Under the pieces are notes generated by a model, which saw only the letters and a list, made by a program, of their open reading frames with translations, did no database searches and had not been told where the DNA came from. From contig MU057959.1 in the NCBI GenBank assembly GCA_013265495.1, forward strand, positions 13,202 through 77,201: a DNA stretch of 64,000 nt, read 5' to 3'. The stretch is from Vicugna vicugna. Its lineage: Eukaryota. A program made the position numbers and the translations under genes. Shown piece after piece: positions 26,297-37,766 of the stretch; within the stretch, counting starts at the first letter, position 1, and each line of letters opens with the position of its first letter.

Positions 26297-29200
26297 CAGT
26301 TAACAATGTTGTGACAATTTCTTGTGTAGAGCCTAATGCTTCAGTCATACATGAACATGGACACATTTGTTTCCATATTGCTTTTCACCATAGGTTATTA
26401 CAAGATATTGAATATAGTTCCCAGCTTTATACAGTATGAAACCATGTTTACCTATTTTATTTATTTATTTATTTTAATTTTTTAAACATTTTTATTGAGT
26501 TATAATCGTTTTACAATGTTGTGTGAAATTCCAGTGAAGAGCACAATTTTTCAGTTATACATGAACATATATATATTCATTGTCACATTTTTTTTGTCTG
26601 TGAGCTATTTTATAAACCAATTTAATATACCTATTTTATATACATTAGTTAGTATCTGCAAACATTGAACTTTCAATTTATCTCTTCCCATCCCTGGTAA
26701 CTGTAAGTTTGTTTTCTGTGTCCCTGAATTTTTTTATAAATTAAAAAAAATTTTTTTTAGAAATAAGTCGTTTTACATTTTTTTTAAGATTGCACATATA
26801 AATATCATACAGAATTTTTCTGGATTGATAATTTTCTTTTGTATTAGCTTGGTTTCTTTTTGATGTTTGTTACTGTGTTGTATGCTTTTGACTTCTAGTT
26901 ACCTTGTTTTTCTAGTATGTTAACCTCTTATTATATCTGTTTGCTTTAGACTGGTATTTATGTATGCTGAAAGACATCATAAAAAGAGTGAAGAAAAAAA
27001 AGAAAGAAAAAGAGGAGGAAAAAAATCTATATTTTCATGCTCCCCTCTCCTAACTTATGATTTGATATTTGTACAAACATACCTTCATCTTTATTCTATT
27101 GTCACTCATTGTAGTTATCACATTTCCCATTATCGTTTTCTCATTTCTATAGCTTCCTGCTTCTTTTCTACATGGAGTAGAGCTTTCAGTGTTTCTTTCC
27201 GTAGAGGTTTCATATTGCTGAACTCTACTGGTTTTTGCTCGTCTGTGAAATTCTTTCTCTGTCCTACTCTAAAGGATAGACTTGCTGGATAGAGTATACT
27301 AGGTTGGAGCTTTTTCTCATTCAGGACTTTGAAAATATCCCTCCCTGCCCCTCCGCTTCTGGCCAGCAGTGTTTGTGTAGAGAAATCAGATAAAATACTT
27401 CTGTGGGTTCCCTTGAAACTAATTGTTTTTCTCTTGATGCCTTTAGAATCCTTTCTTTATCTTTAAATTTAGCCATCTTAATTATAATATGTCTTGGTGT
27501 GGGTCTGTTTGGGTTCTTCTGATTTAGGACCGTGTGCTTGGATATGTTTTATTCTTTAAGTTTAGAAAATGTTCACTGTTGATTTCTTCAGATACCTTTT
27601 CAGTCCAGTTTTTGCTTTCTTTTTCTCTGAGACCCCTATTATGCGTAGGTTGGCACGCTGTCTGTCCTCTCATAGGTCCCTTACATTGCTTTCATTGGGT
27701 TTTATTTGCTTTTCTGTCTGCTGTTCTGGTTGCACGAATCCTGTTATTCTGGCTTCTGTGTCAGTTATTCGTTTCTCTACATTATCTAGCTTGCCTTTGA
27801 CAGCATATATCTAGGGTCTCGTGTCAGCCATTGAGTGTTCTGTTTTTAATTGGCTCCTCTTTATAGTTTCTATTTCCTTTTTATAGCATTTTCTGTCTCT
27901 ATTCATAGTCTCCCTTATTTCCTGCAGTGATTTTATTAATCGCTTTTTGAAGTCACGATCTAGTAGGTCATTGAGCTCTATCCCATGGTTCATTCTTTCA
28001 GGCGCTATGTCTTGTTCTTTTAATTGGGAGTGGTTTTTCTGTGTCTTCATTTTCTTCCCTCTGTCTGGCTGTAGGGATTTAGGAGTATCAGTTATCTCCT
28101 GCGGTCTTCAAGGGCTCTTTTTTGTTGGTTTGTTTTTATTTAACGCGGGTGTGTTCCTGTGCAGACTGTGTGCATCTAACAGTTTCTTGGCGATGGCTGT
28201 TCTTAGTGTGGATGGTGCCTCGTCTTTCTGCCATAAGTTTTGGCTGTTATCCCTTTGATTGAGGATGTGGTTGGTGTTGTTCAGAGCCTGCCCTTATTAT
28301 TGTTGTTAAGATGGGCCTCCTTTTTTTGTTGTGTGGTTATCAGAGGCCTGACAGGGCCAGGTCTGCTCCCCTATTGCTGGAATAGTGACTTCTAGACCCA
28401 TTTCTGAGCTGTGTTATAGAGTAGGCAGGGTTAGAACACTTCAGCTGTGGGAAGAGTAGGCAAGGGTTGTCAACAGAGAAGTACCTTCTGGTGTTGTCTC
28501 TCCCTTGTTATGTGGGCTTACAGAATACTCTTTGTTGACACTGTCTTTGTCCTCCACCAGCTGTGGGAATATCAGGCATGTTCTCTGGTGTCCCTCAGGT
28601 TCTGGGCCCCAGGAACCACCAATGCAGATCTTCCCATGTCAGGGACTAGGACCCATGGTAACAAGCATGCATGCCCACAGCTGAGTCCGTAGTGTGCCAC
28701 AGTGTCAGCACAGATCCCAGCCCCACCTCTGCATACATTACTGTATGCAGGCCTTTTGTAAATACACATACTCACCCCCACCTTTAGTCAGATCTCCACT
28801 CCTTACATGTTCCTCCCAGATGCATGGTTCCGCAAAGGTTCCAGACAAAACAAATCCATCTTCTCTTCTTGGGTCTGTAAACAAATTTCAGTCCTGCCTG
28901 TGAAGTTGTGGGGCTGCTGGGTATGGATTCAGCTTTGATCCTTCCATTCGTGCAGGAGTGATGGTTGTGACTGAGCCCGAGCTCTCCTCACGAGAAGACA
29001 AGCGGAGAAAGCAGTGTGGTGTAGGTTTGTTCCTCCCTTATCCCCGTGCACACCAGCAGTGGTGCTTTTTTACCCGGGTCCCCGGCTGTTTTCTTCTGCA
29101 GACACCTCCAGTCAGAGCTTACACTGACCTCCAATCCCCTAAGGCTGCCTTTGTGTAGGGGGCCCCAGTCCTCTTCCTCAGCTCCTCACTGATCCCCAGC

Positions 29201-29612
29201 AGCCAGTCCTGGCTCCTACATTTCATCTATTGCCAGAAAACACAGGGACCCTACTTTTGTTTTTGTTTTGTTTTTTTTTAGTTCTGTCTGCCAAGCTCTT
29301 GCCAATTAATCCTCTGAGCCTCGAAGCTTTTCTTCTGTCTCGGCTGACCTCTTGGACTGCAGAGGTGACATCCATCGTGAGGGTGCTTTTCTTCCTTTTC
29401 TGATGCCTCCCTGGATGGCCTGACTCCAATTTTTTCCTTTTTTTTCTTTCTGGGTTTCATGAGAATCCTCCTGTATTTCAAAGCAAGAAACAGTCTGCCA
29501 GATTTTCATAGTTGTTCCGTGTGATTCAGGGGGTTAGTAGATAAAATTCTTGTTGTATTTGTGGGAGACTGCGAGCTGAGTGTTTCTTTACTCTGCCATC
29601 TTGGCACCTCTC
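26297..29612 (-). mobile_element. ORF2-deleted L1 (5' UTR + ORF1 + 3' tail) between copies B and C
   Basis: 5' end gccatcttgg (reverse complement of CCAAGATGGC) at 29595-29604. ORF1 remnant 27811-28050 (..HSQLKEQDIAPER..DFKKRLIK..). Inter-ORF sequence is fused to the 3' UTR at ~26820. Confidence 0.9.
26461..26627 (-). mobile_element. Short 5'-truncated younger L1 tail nested in the older L1
   Basis: T-rich tail plus an L1 3' end matching the reverse complement of ~54200-54315. Flanked by the 12-nt direct repeat tacctattttat (26449-26460 and 26628-26639). Confidence 0.8.
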
Positions 29613-32110
29613 TCTCTACATCCATCTCTCCAAAGTACCCAAATCTATCTGGGGGATTAAGGATGATATACTTCACTGTGAAATCATGGTTATGTGTCTG
29701 TAGAAGTGTTTGAGTTTAGGTATTTCTTCTTTGAACGTTTGATAGTTTTCACTAGTGAAATCTTCTGGACCTGAAACTTGTTTATGCACAACTCTATGAT
29801 GACAGGTTGCATTTCTTTATTAGATAAAAAGAGTAAGTTTCACCTTGATTCAGCTTTTTTTTTAACATCTCTTTCAGGAAACGTGTTCATTTCATCAAAA
29901 ATATTACCCATAGAATATATTTCACAATTTTTCCACTTGTTTATGCCAGGTCTTGCCTGTCAACCCTCACTGAGGTTCTCATGTCAGATTCAACCCAATC
30001 CTTTCTACTCAGTTGTCTGTCCACGTATCTGTCCCCCTCACTACAATGCAGCATTTCCTTGCACACTCTGTAGATCATCGTCAGGAGTCCACATGCACAC
30101 CTCTTTTAGAGGAGAATTGAAACATGGCAGTCACGTATCCATTACTTGCCTCAAAAACCATAGTAACCTTCCTTACTGGTGCCTTTGACTTTGGGCAACT
30201 GGAGCTCAATTGCAGATCATCTTTGTGTAGTAACTGCAACATGGATTCTGTTAAGTAGCAGTGAGGTTTAGTTTCACTTCCCCAAGCCTTGGGCAGATCT
30301 CTGACCTTTGGCCCCAGATCTAGAGTGCAGGATCTCTTAGATCATGAACACCTTGAGGACCATGGGAAGCTCCTCTGTGTGCTCTGCCCAGTCCTTGAAA
30401 ATCCCCATGTTTCCTTCCCTTGGAAGCTGAGAGGAAGGAATCCCATCTTGAGGTCCTCTCTTCTGTGTCTACATTTAGAACTTCCCACCTGAGCTCTCGG
30501 TCAGCTTCTCGCTCCAAACACCACGCTGCCTTCGTGGTGGTGTGGAGGGACCACGTCTCAGCTGCTGCCTGTCTTTGATGAGTAGTGACGTATCAGTGAC
30601 AATTAGCAGTCTTCTGCTCAATTTCTGGCATGATGTGCTGTGGGACAAAGGACGTCCCCTCGGTTGTGCAGCATGACATCTCACACTTTCCCCATGTGAA
30701 TCTCAATGAATCCCACACACATTTAATTCTCCTGAATGAATAGGAAGTTCTGTGGGGCTGTTTCTGATCACAGTGCGCCATCCTACTGCAATAGAATATC
30801 CATAGTCCTCTTCCTTTTCAGTGATGGTATTGTCCTTTTCTAACTCACTGGGACACCTCATGGATGTCTCTATTTCACCCTGATCAGAGTTGTCTATAGT
30901 GGGACATCTGTCCAATTAAAGGCACATTTTCTTGGATGTTTAACACGGATGTTTGTGAGTTTTAAAGTAGGTGACTTTCTGCACAGGTATTTATGCACAG
31001 AGTACCTATTAAATCAATTTATTTAGACCCTCAGAAATCAAATATCACCAAAGAGGACATGAACACTGAGCAGGAGAGAAGAAATGGGAAAGGAAGTATG
31101 ATTATGTCTGAAGGGAGATGATGTTATGTGGGAATCAGGGATGTTGTCTCCACATTGTTGATCCTGATTACAAGACAAGATGATGTGCCTGGTTCTCTGT
31201 GACATGTTCTGTAGGTGAATAAAACAGGACAGGGGTTAGCTGAGTCGGTTATATGACAGGTGACAGGGTTCAGCCTCAGGGAGTCGAATGTCCAAGGATA
31301 GAGGGGCTGTTATTGAATCCACTGGGCTGATTCCACATGGAAGTTAATACTCCCCATGTCTCTGATATGTGGTATCCATTTGAAATTCCCCCAAGGACAT
31401 ACATATGGTGGGACCTCTGCTGTGTAGGATTTGTTCTAGGAGTTTTGTGATTTCAGGATGCATGCTTTGGAGTGGATCATCTACAAGTGATTGACAGGAT
31501 CTGTGATTGAATTATACTTCTGTTCTCTATTTTTAAGATTTGTGTTTAGTAGGTTGAAGAATTACATGCACTTGGAACCTTGTGGATTTTTTTTCTTTGC
31601 TTTAAAATAGCTCACTTTAAGAAAATCACCATCTGAAGGAGAATATAAACCAAATGCATGTTTCAGGCAGTGTGTTTGCAAGGTCCTCAGTGAGGCTGTG
31701 ACAGTTACGTACATTTAAACATTGTTTCTGCTGCAGTGGGGAGTTCTCGAGGTGGGATGTATGTGGACAAACATCAGGTCAGGACTGACTGGGAAATTAA
31801 GTAGTTTTCATCACCTTCTGACAATTCATGCTTCTCTTTAAGGTCCACCATTGGAGTAGTTGTTTCATGATGGTGTTTTGTAACCAAAACTGCTCAGCAT
31901 TAATCTACCAGTCATTATTCTATAACTTAACAAGTCTCCAGAGAAACAAATTAACCCGAATGTAAGAGAAAAAAATTCCCTAGTGATATAATTTAAAGGA
32001 TTGCTGCGAAATTCATTGTCATTTACAACATTTGGCCCATTAAAAGTCCCAGTGTGCCCTTACTAACTTACTTCCTTGAGCAGCAGTAACGACTGGTCAT
32101 TTTTACTTAC

Positions 32111-32156
32111 AGGTAGATGGTGTTGAAGTCCTGTGGCGTTCAACAGTTTCCGCAGT
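32111..32156 (-). CDS. Copy C exon 6 (stop at 32140-32142, then 3' UTR)
   Basis: ttttcccccag|AC TGC GGA AAC TGT TGA...CCT|gtaagt; 46 nt. Confidence 0.75.
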
Positions 32157-35100
32157 CTGGGGGAAAATTAGAGGGGCAGGAATAAAAGAATGGCCGAGTT
32201 CTCCCATTTGCCATTGTTTCCAGGGTTTCCTTTTTTAAATAGTGGATTTTATAAATGATTCTTTATGGAGTAAGTAATCTCAAATCAATCATTTTAGCCC
32301 CCCAGTAGACCATTTCCATCCCACATACACACAGGAAAAAGTGTACTTTCATTACCCTGACAGGGTAATGCCACAGTATTTTCTAGTGCAAGCCCATACG
32401 TCTCCAGCACCTCCTGGAACTGTTTCAAGAACGTCCATAAGCATTCCAGTGTAATACAAGCTTCATTGCCTGAAAATGACAATGCACGAAGCAGAATTTC
32501 ATCCGTTAGAACACCTGATAATTTCTGAACAGAGAATAAGAAATTGTGCAAATCAGATCTTAACTTGGTACATTTTAATAGCGTCTCAAACAGACACCCA
32601 CATCTGCTACCTGTCTTTAGCACGAATCCCAGTCTCACTGTGTGACTACTTTCTCTCCAGCATCAGCACCGAACTCCAAAGACTCATCAGGATCTCTATG
32701 AATCTGCTGCCTGATTCATACCTAATATGGAAACTGTCTTCTTCACATTCAAGCCTCATTCTGTACCAAATATTCTAGAAACATGTACATACCTCCCAGA
32801 GACAGTCAACGCTTACACATAGTCATGGGAGATGACTTATTCTTTAATTAAGCTACAGTTCTCTCCAGTGCCTGTTTGAAATAGACACGTGGTGTCCCAG
32901 GGACTACAGCACACGTCTCAGTGCTCCTATGTGGTCACGAGTGGTGATGTCTGCATTCATCAGAATGTGGCATGAGGGAAACTGAACATGATTAAGATTT
33001 ATTTTGAAAACTTCATTTCCAGGGCTTAGAATGCATTGGGAAATGGCATTATGTGAAGAAATGGAGTTCAACCATATCATAGGCATTGGTTGAAGTTACT
33101 TGACCTGTACAGAAACTATTTCTAAAACAACTCACTTTCTAAAGATTCTTCAATTTTAACACATGGGACTCCCTTAGAAATGTCAGATGATCTGTTACTT
33201 CCCACTGCTCCCCACTCCTCTTTTTACCTTTAACTTTTTCAGATCACATCCCAGCATCCTTAATGAACACAGCAACCTAGGCCTTGTGAATGGGTAGTGA
33301 GTCATATGTGCAGCTGGTGACTTTCTGAAGGAAAATGCTGACATTGGAAGTGTTACCAGACAGTGACTATGAGGATAGTAGGCTGTGGTACATACCAGAG
33401 AATGCAGCCAGTATGACCTGGTTTCCTTCTTCATCCACAAAGACAAGAAATAGTACTGTGACACCATCACACAGTTGAATAATTCGAACTTCCTGTACAC
33501 CATCCTCTGTGAGTGACGACAGACATATATACTGCTGCGTCTTCATTGATCGCAGAGTAGCTTCATTCACCTAATTAGCAGAATAGCCACAATCCTGCCT
33601 GTGTTGGTCCGTCTGTCACTCCATCACTGCAGTGATGCTACTCTTGGTTATGATGACAGGGAAAGCGGGGAAGACCTTCCTTATTGCTACCTTCTCATAC
33701 AGTTCTTCTGGTCAGCTTTGCAGCCCCACTAGTATGTTTTCTCAAACGTGTTCTAAGGAAGCCAACATGTTAATTTAGTTTTTTAACAACATGTGACTAT
33801 CACATGCGACTTCAAGATCTCTATATATTTCCAGTATCCCAGTAATGGAGTTGATTTCTTTGTAACCAAAATCAAGTGACCACTCGTCATTTGGTGTTAT
33901 AAGTGCCTGCCATGTACTGGACACTTCTGGACACTGTGCATGAATGACTGCATCTCCTCTGCCCCGCAGTCTCGCTGTGTTACATCACAGATGTAGAGAC
34001 CACTGCCGTGTGTGTCCATGTTAGGACAGGTTTCCTCACCATGATGTGGAGGAAGTGACCATCGAATAGTGAGCTCCCACCTGCTATGGGGGCACATCCC
34101 CTCTCTAGCTCCGTCCGTCCATCTGCCACGTTTCTCTTTAGAAGAACAAGCTCTTCTTGTTCTTCTGTGTTACCTGTAAATCCTTACTCCCTTCTAGCCC
34201 TCCTGACAACCTTTTGGAATCACTCATCTGGATCTGATTTAAACCTGCCCAGCTGTGTTCCCAAAACACAAGAATGCCATTACCCACTGTCTGGAACACT
34301 GAAGCATCATGTGTCTGCCACAGCAAAGACTAAGTAACAGCCAGCACAACTTTAGAGTTTCAGACAGATATGTGCTGTTGCCCAAGTCCACTCCTAGTCC
34401 ATGGGCCTTAGGTTCCCCTGGGACAGTTTAAATCGGGTTTCATCATCTCTTCAGGTTCTCAGTCACCACCTCTGTGATCCCCATGGTTTTACAGAGGAGG
34501 GTTTGCAGGCAATCTCACCGTAGGCTGTAGGTGAGTTGAAAGAGAAGGAGGCAGTGAGAGTAAGTGCATCTCCTGGGCCCCCTGCTGTGGTGAAGGTGCT
34601 GCTGCTGCTGCTCTGCTGGCGGTGGCTGCACGTTCTGTTCCCAGAACAACGCTGGGGGAGCTTCATTTGTTAGTTTTCAAGAGAGTGTAGAACAGGCCAG
34701 CTGTTCCTTTCTGTCCCTTCTTAACTTGTCCCGTCAATATCCAGGCAGAAAGGATTCCCCCAAATGGAGAAATTTAAAGGATAAGTAGTTAAAGCATGGA
34801 TGATTCAGCCAAAAGTAAATAATATTGTAGCAATAAAATAGCAACAACATTTCTTAGGAAATGTCCTGATACAAGGAGTTATTGAGGAATACGTAGGGAA
34901 GCCCTTCAGCATACATTTTACTTATTTGTGTTCATTGCACAACCCCTTTGCTATTTCTTATTTATACCAGGAATGTGGCGTCACCGTGACATAGTTAAAT
35001 TTTCATCACTTACGTATCCCTTAGAACTGCTAAGTCTAGGAATGTTTTTAAGGCCATTAGAAAGAACTTAGACATTTAAATCTTAACCACCAGCACCCTT

Positions 35101-37676
35101 GCTTTGAACACAAATTGTGTTTATGAAGCAATAAGCTTTTTCTTTGAAATCACTATCTTTGTTTTGGAGTTAAGGTCGTTGGCTATATAGGAATGGATTA
35201 TCATGTTCTGAGATTGTCTTCAAAAAGCGTATTTTGCAGAATGAATTTGATGTCTAACATCAAGAAAGACCCTTGAGACATTAGTTCCTAGGGTGGTTTT
35301 AAAGAATCTAGAAATAGTTTCCTGCACCTGAGAACCTCCTGAAATAACAGTTCTGTGTCCATGTGGTTAGTCTGTCACTGACTACACTCATGATCGGGAG
35401 GGTCCATCCAAGTCATGTGAGTTAAGTCTCTGTTTATCACAAAATAAAGTGCCTGGAAAATATAGGGCCTAGTCTGTGGTCGTACCTCTCGTCTGCAGTC
35501 AAAATAGAATTTTAAATTATGGAGTTCTTAAAGGAATTTATGGCCAAGATTCCAAACCTAATATACTTTTTACCCAGGAAACAGTCAGACTTACCATCTA
35601 TGATATAAACACCCTCTGCTTCTGTTACTCCTTTGATAATTTTTTCAATGTATTGTCCATTGCACCTTAAAAGGAAAACGTATTCAAGTTGGTTGATTAA
35701 AGATAATTTACAATTTGACATTTAATTAGGATTTTCTTAATTTGACCCTCCCATGACCCTGTGTGACCTGTCAGCTTAGTGACTGTTAACAAGGTGACAT
35801 TCAAATGAGAAGAAATAAGTCCTTTAAGATCAAATAACTGTCAAGTGGTAAGGATGTTTGTTATACATAAAATCTGAGCAGAATTTCAAAAGATAAAATA
35901 CAAATACAAAAGAGATCCTATTTAAAGAATAATAAACATGGCAAAATCTAGAATTTGGGAAAGAAAAAAAGTAACAAGGCTTTTCTTGAAACTAATAACT
36001 ATAAATACACACCTATTCATTTCACAACCCTCGCCATGACTTCTTAGAGAATATGAATTCAAAGAATAACCAAAAAAAGATAAAAATATATATTAAGTGT
36101 ATCCAAAACAAGTTCTTTTACCAAAACCCCTTAAGAGAATTAAGCATTTAACAACTCATATATGTATGTGTGTGAAAAAGTGCGAATACGTGAGAAGTCA
36201 GTTAAATATAGACTATTAAAAGGCATGGTAATGATAAACAGAAAATAATAAGGTGTTTCCTCAAATGTCTGACAGCTGACAGGCACGTCTACTGGGATAG
36301 GATATATACGTGTGTGGGGGTGTAATGTAGTTGTAAGTAGTCTATCAAATATATGTAATGTACAACCAGTTAGATAAATTCGTGTGTCTTTAAACCAGTG
36401 TCTCCAAACATACAGCTGTTAGTTGTCGTCTTATGCTTTTATTCCTAAAAATATCTATCTGTGTTGCATGCTCCTAGTAAATCCTCGGCCATGTGGAGAA
36501 CATTACATGAGTAGCACTGGGAGATGCGGTGACTTTAATGCATTTACTGATTATAAATTGCTGAGACTCAGCCCTTCAGGGTAGAAGCCAGTTTGTGATC
36601 CACTTCCCCACATCCTCTGGAGCCCAGTGGGAACCACATGCCTTAAATTCTGCATGAAGTAATGCAGCTTCCAGGACTGTGGGGATGGAGGCCGGGACTC
36701 TTGTTTCTACAGCATTGGCCCCATTGTCCTTTTTTAGTTGACTCCAGTGAAATGTCTGTGACTTCCCCTCTAAGCAGAGGCTCCAGGTTGTGTTTTGAGG
36801 CTGATCTTGGACCTGACTCAGCCACTCCAGAGACCCTTCTACCACAGAACCCTGGGAGTCCCAGTCTTCCACCTCATTCAGGTATTTCAGAGCAAATGTG
36901 GAAGCCAGGCCTTTTCTCAGGGTCGCAGAGTCACGTGAGTTTGCCTTTTGTGGTATTTGTACTTACCTGTCATAAATTGTGATGGTCACTGTGGTCTCTG
37001 TATCATCAAATTGAATCTTAGTGATACAGAACTGGCATGGGCAGGTGTCACTGGATTTTGCTGTGTTAGTGATTGTGAGACAAATGAGTTTCCACTCTGA
37101 GATCTGAAAGCAAAATTCCCTTTAGAAACTGTGGTCCATCTCTTGTCAGTGTATCTACCAACACCCATGACACTTCCCCTTCACTCATGCACATCAGCAC
37201 AAATTACCTACCTTGTATGAACAAAGCAGGGTTCATAAATAATGTGAAAACCCAAGGCAAATGTAAAACATGGAGTTGAGATTATGCAGGGATTGCTTTC
37301 CCCCTGTGAAATGGAAGAGCCCCAGTGGGACAGGTCTCTGGCTGACCCCCCTTCTCTTGTACAAGGGCAGTAAAGATGTGGCAGAAGCTCAGTGATATAT
37401 GGCACTTGGAATATGGAGAGTGTAGCAGAAGTGCAGGTACCAGTTAGTGCAACAGTTCTGAGTTGGAGGTAGGTGGCCAGGTGAGGTGCATGGAAACATC
37501 GATACGCATACCCACAGCCCAAAAGGAGCTCCCATACTCACACACACACTTACAGATTGCGGTTCTTCTGTAGCAGATGAGGCTGCCTCTGCTACATCTG
37601 ATTGAGCCTCCTCAGTTGGAAGTTCTTGGGCGGCACAAAGCACAGCAAGTGCAAGAGTCAGGAACAGAATCCTCAT
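32140..37676 (-). CDS. Divergent cysteine-rich OBP/Bos d 2-like secreted lipocalin, copy C (6 coding exons; potentially intact, otherwise a young pseudogene)
   Basis: Exons 37596(or 37554)-37676, 36967-37103, 33701-33752, 33396-33504(33506), 32356-32469 and 32140-32156, all with GT/AG boundaries. Joined: MRILFLTLALAVLCAAQELPTEEAQSD[VAEAASSATEEPQS]ISEWKLICLTITNTAKSSDTCPCQFCITKIQFDDTETTVTITIYDRTRLRKHTSGAAKLTRRTDGVQEVRIIQLCDGVTVLFLVFVDEEGNQVILAAFSGNEACITLECLWTFLKQFQEVLETYGLALENTVALPCQDCGNC*. The signal peptide, VDEEG turn and F.EV....G...EN helix resemble porcine OBP. Frame continuity requires the +2 acceptor of exon 4. Confidence 0.65.
32356..32469 (-). CDS. Copy C exon 5
   Basis: cattttcag|GC AAT GAA...CAG G|gtaatg; 114 nt, open; encodes the lipocalin C-terminal helix region. 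Confidence 0.85.
33396..33506 (-). CDS. Copy C exon 4
   Basis: cactcacag|AG|GAT GGT...TCT G|gtatgt; encodes DGVQEVRIIQLCDGVTVLFLVFVDEEGNQVILAAFS. Confidence 0.85.
33701..33752 (-). CDS. Copy C exon 3 (52 nt)
   Basis: ggcttccttag|AACACG...GAACT|gtatga; homologous to the 56-nt exon at 51435-51490. Confidence 0.6.
36967..37103 (-). CDS. Copy C exon 2
   Basis: ttgctttcag|ATC TCA GAG TGG...GAC AG|gtaagt; 137 nt, open, phase 0 to 2. Confidence 0.85.
37554..37676 (-). CDS. Copy C exon 1 (signal peptide; donor at 37596 or 37554)
   Basis: MRILFLTLALAVLCAAQE... Two in-frame phase-0 donors: GAT|gtagca and TCT|gtaagt. Confidence 0.8.
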
Positions 37677-37759
37677 CCTGGCGGTTCTTCTAGTCCTCCT
37701 CCTGGAGAAGCTGAGAGTGCTGTGCACCAGCTGGTGGAGAGAATCTCAATGTGTGCCCC

Positions 37760-37766
37760 TTTTATA
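37760..37766 (-). promoter_or_regulatory. TATA box of copy C
   Basis: TATAAAA 84-90 nt upstream of the ATG, with a CCAAT pentamer on the opposite strand about 30 nt further upstream. Confidence 0.75.

Noticed and set aside
31600..31850. Putative non-coding exon 7 and polyadenylation signal of copy C
   Set aside because: One is expected from the exon 6 donor, but I could not place the acceptor or a poly-A signal with confidence.
34040..34137. Exon-like segment with AG/GT boundaries as a candidate exon 3
   Set aside because: It has an in-frame TAG in the required phase and no lipocalin similarity, and the donor is not conserved in A.
34440..34740. Conserved GC-richer intron 2 block with CTG repeats (also ~8020-8330 and ~52180-52480) as a possible ncRNA or exon
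   Set aside because: No conserved ORF or recognisable RNA motif, and similarity is at the level of the surrounding duplicated DNA.
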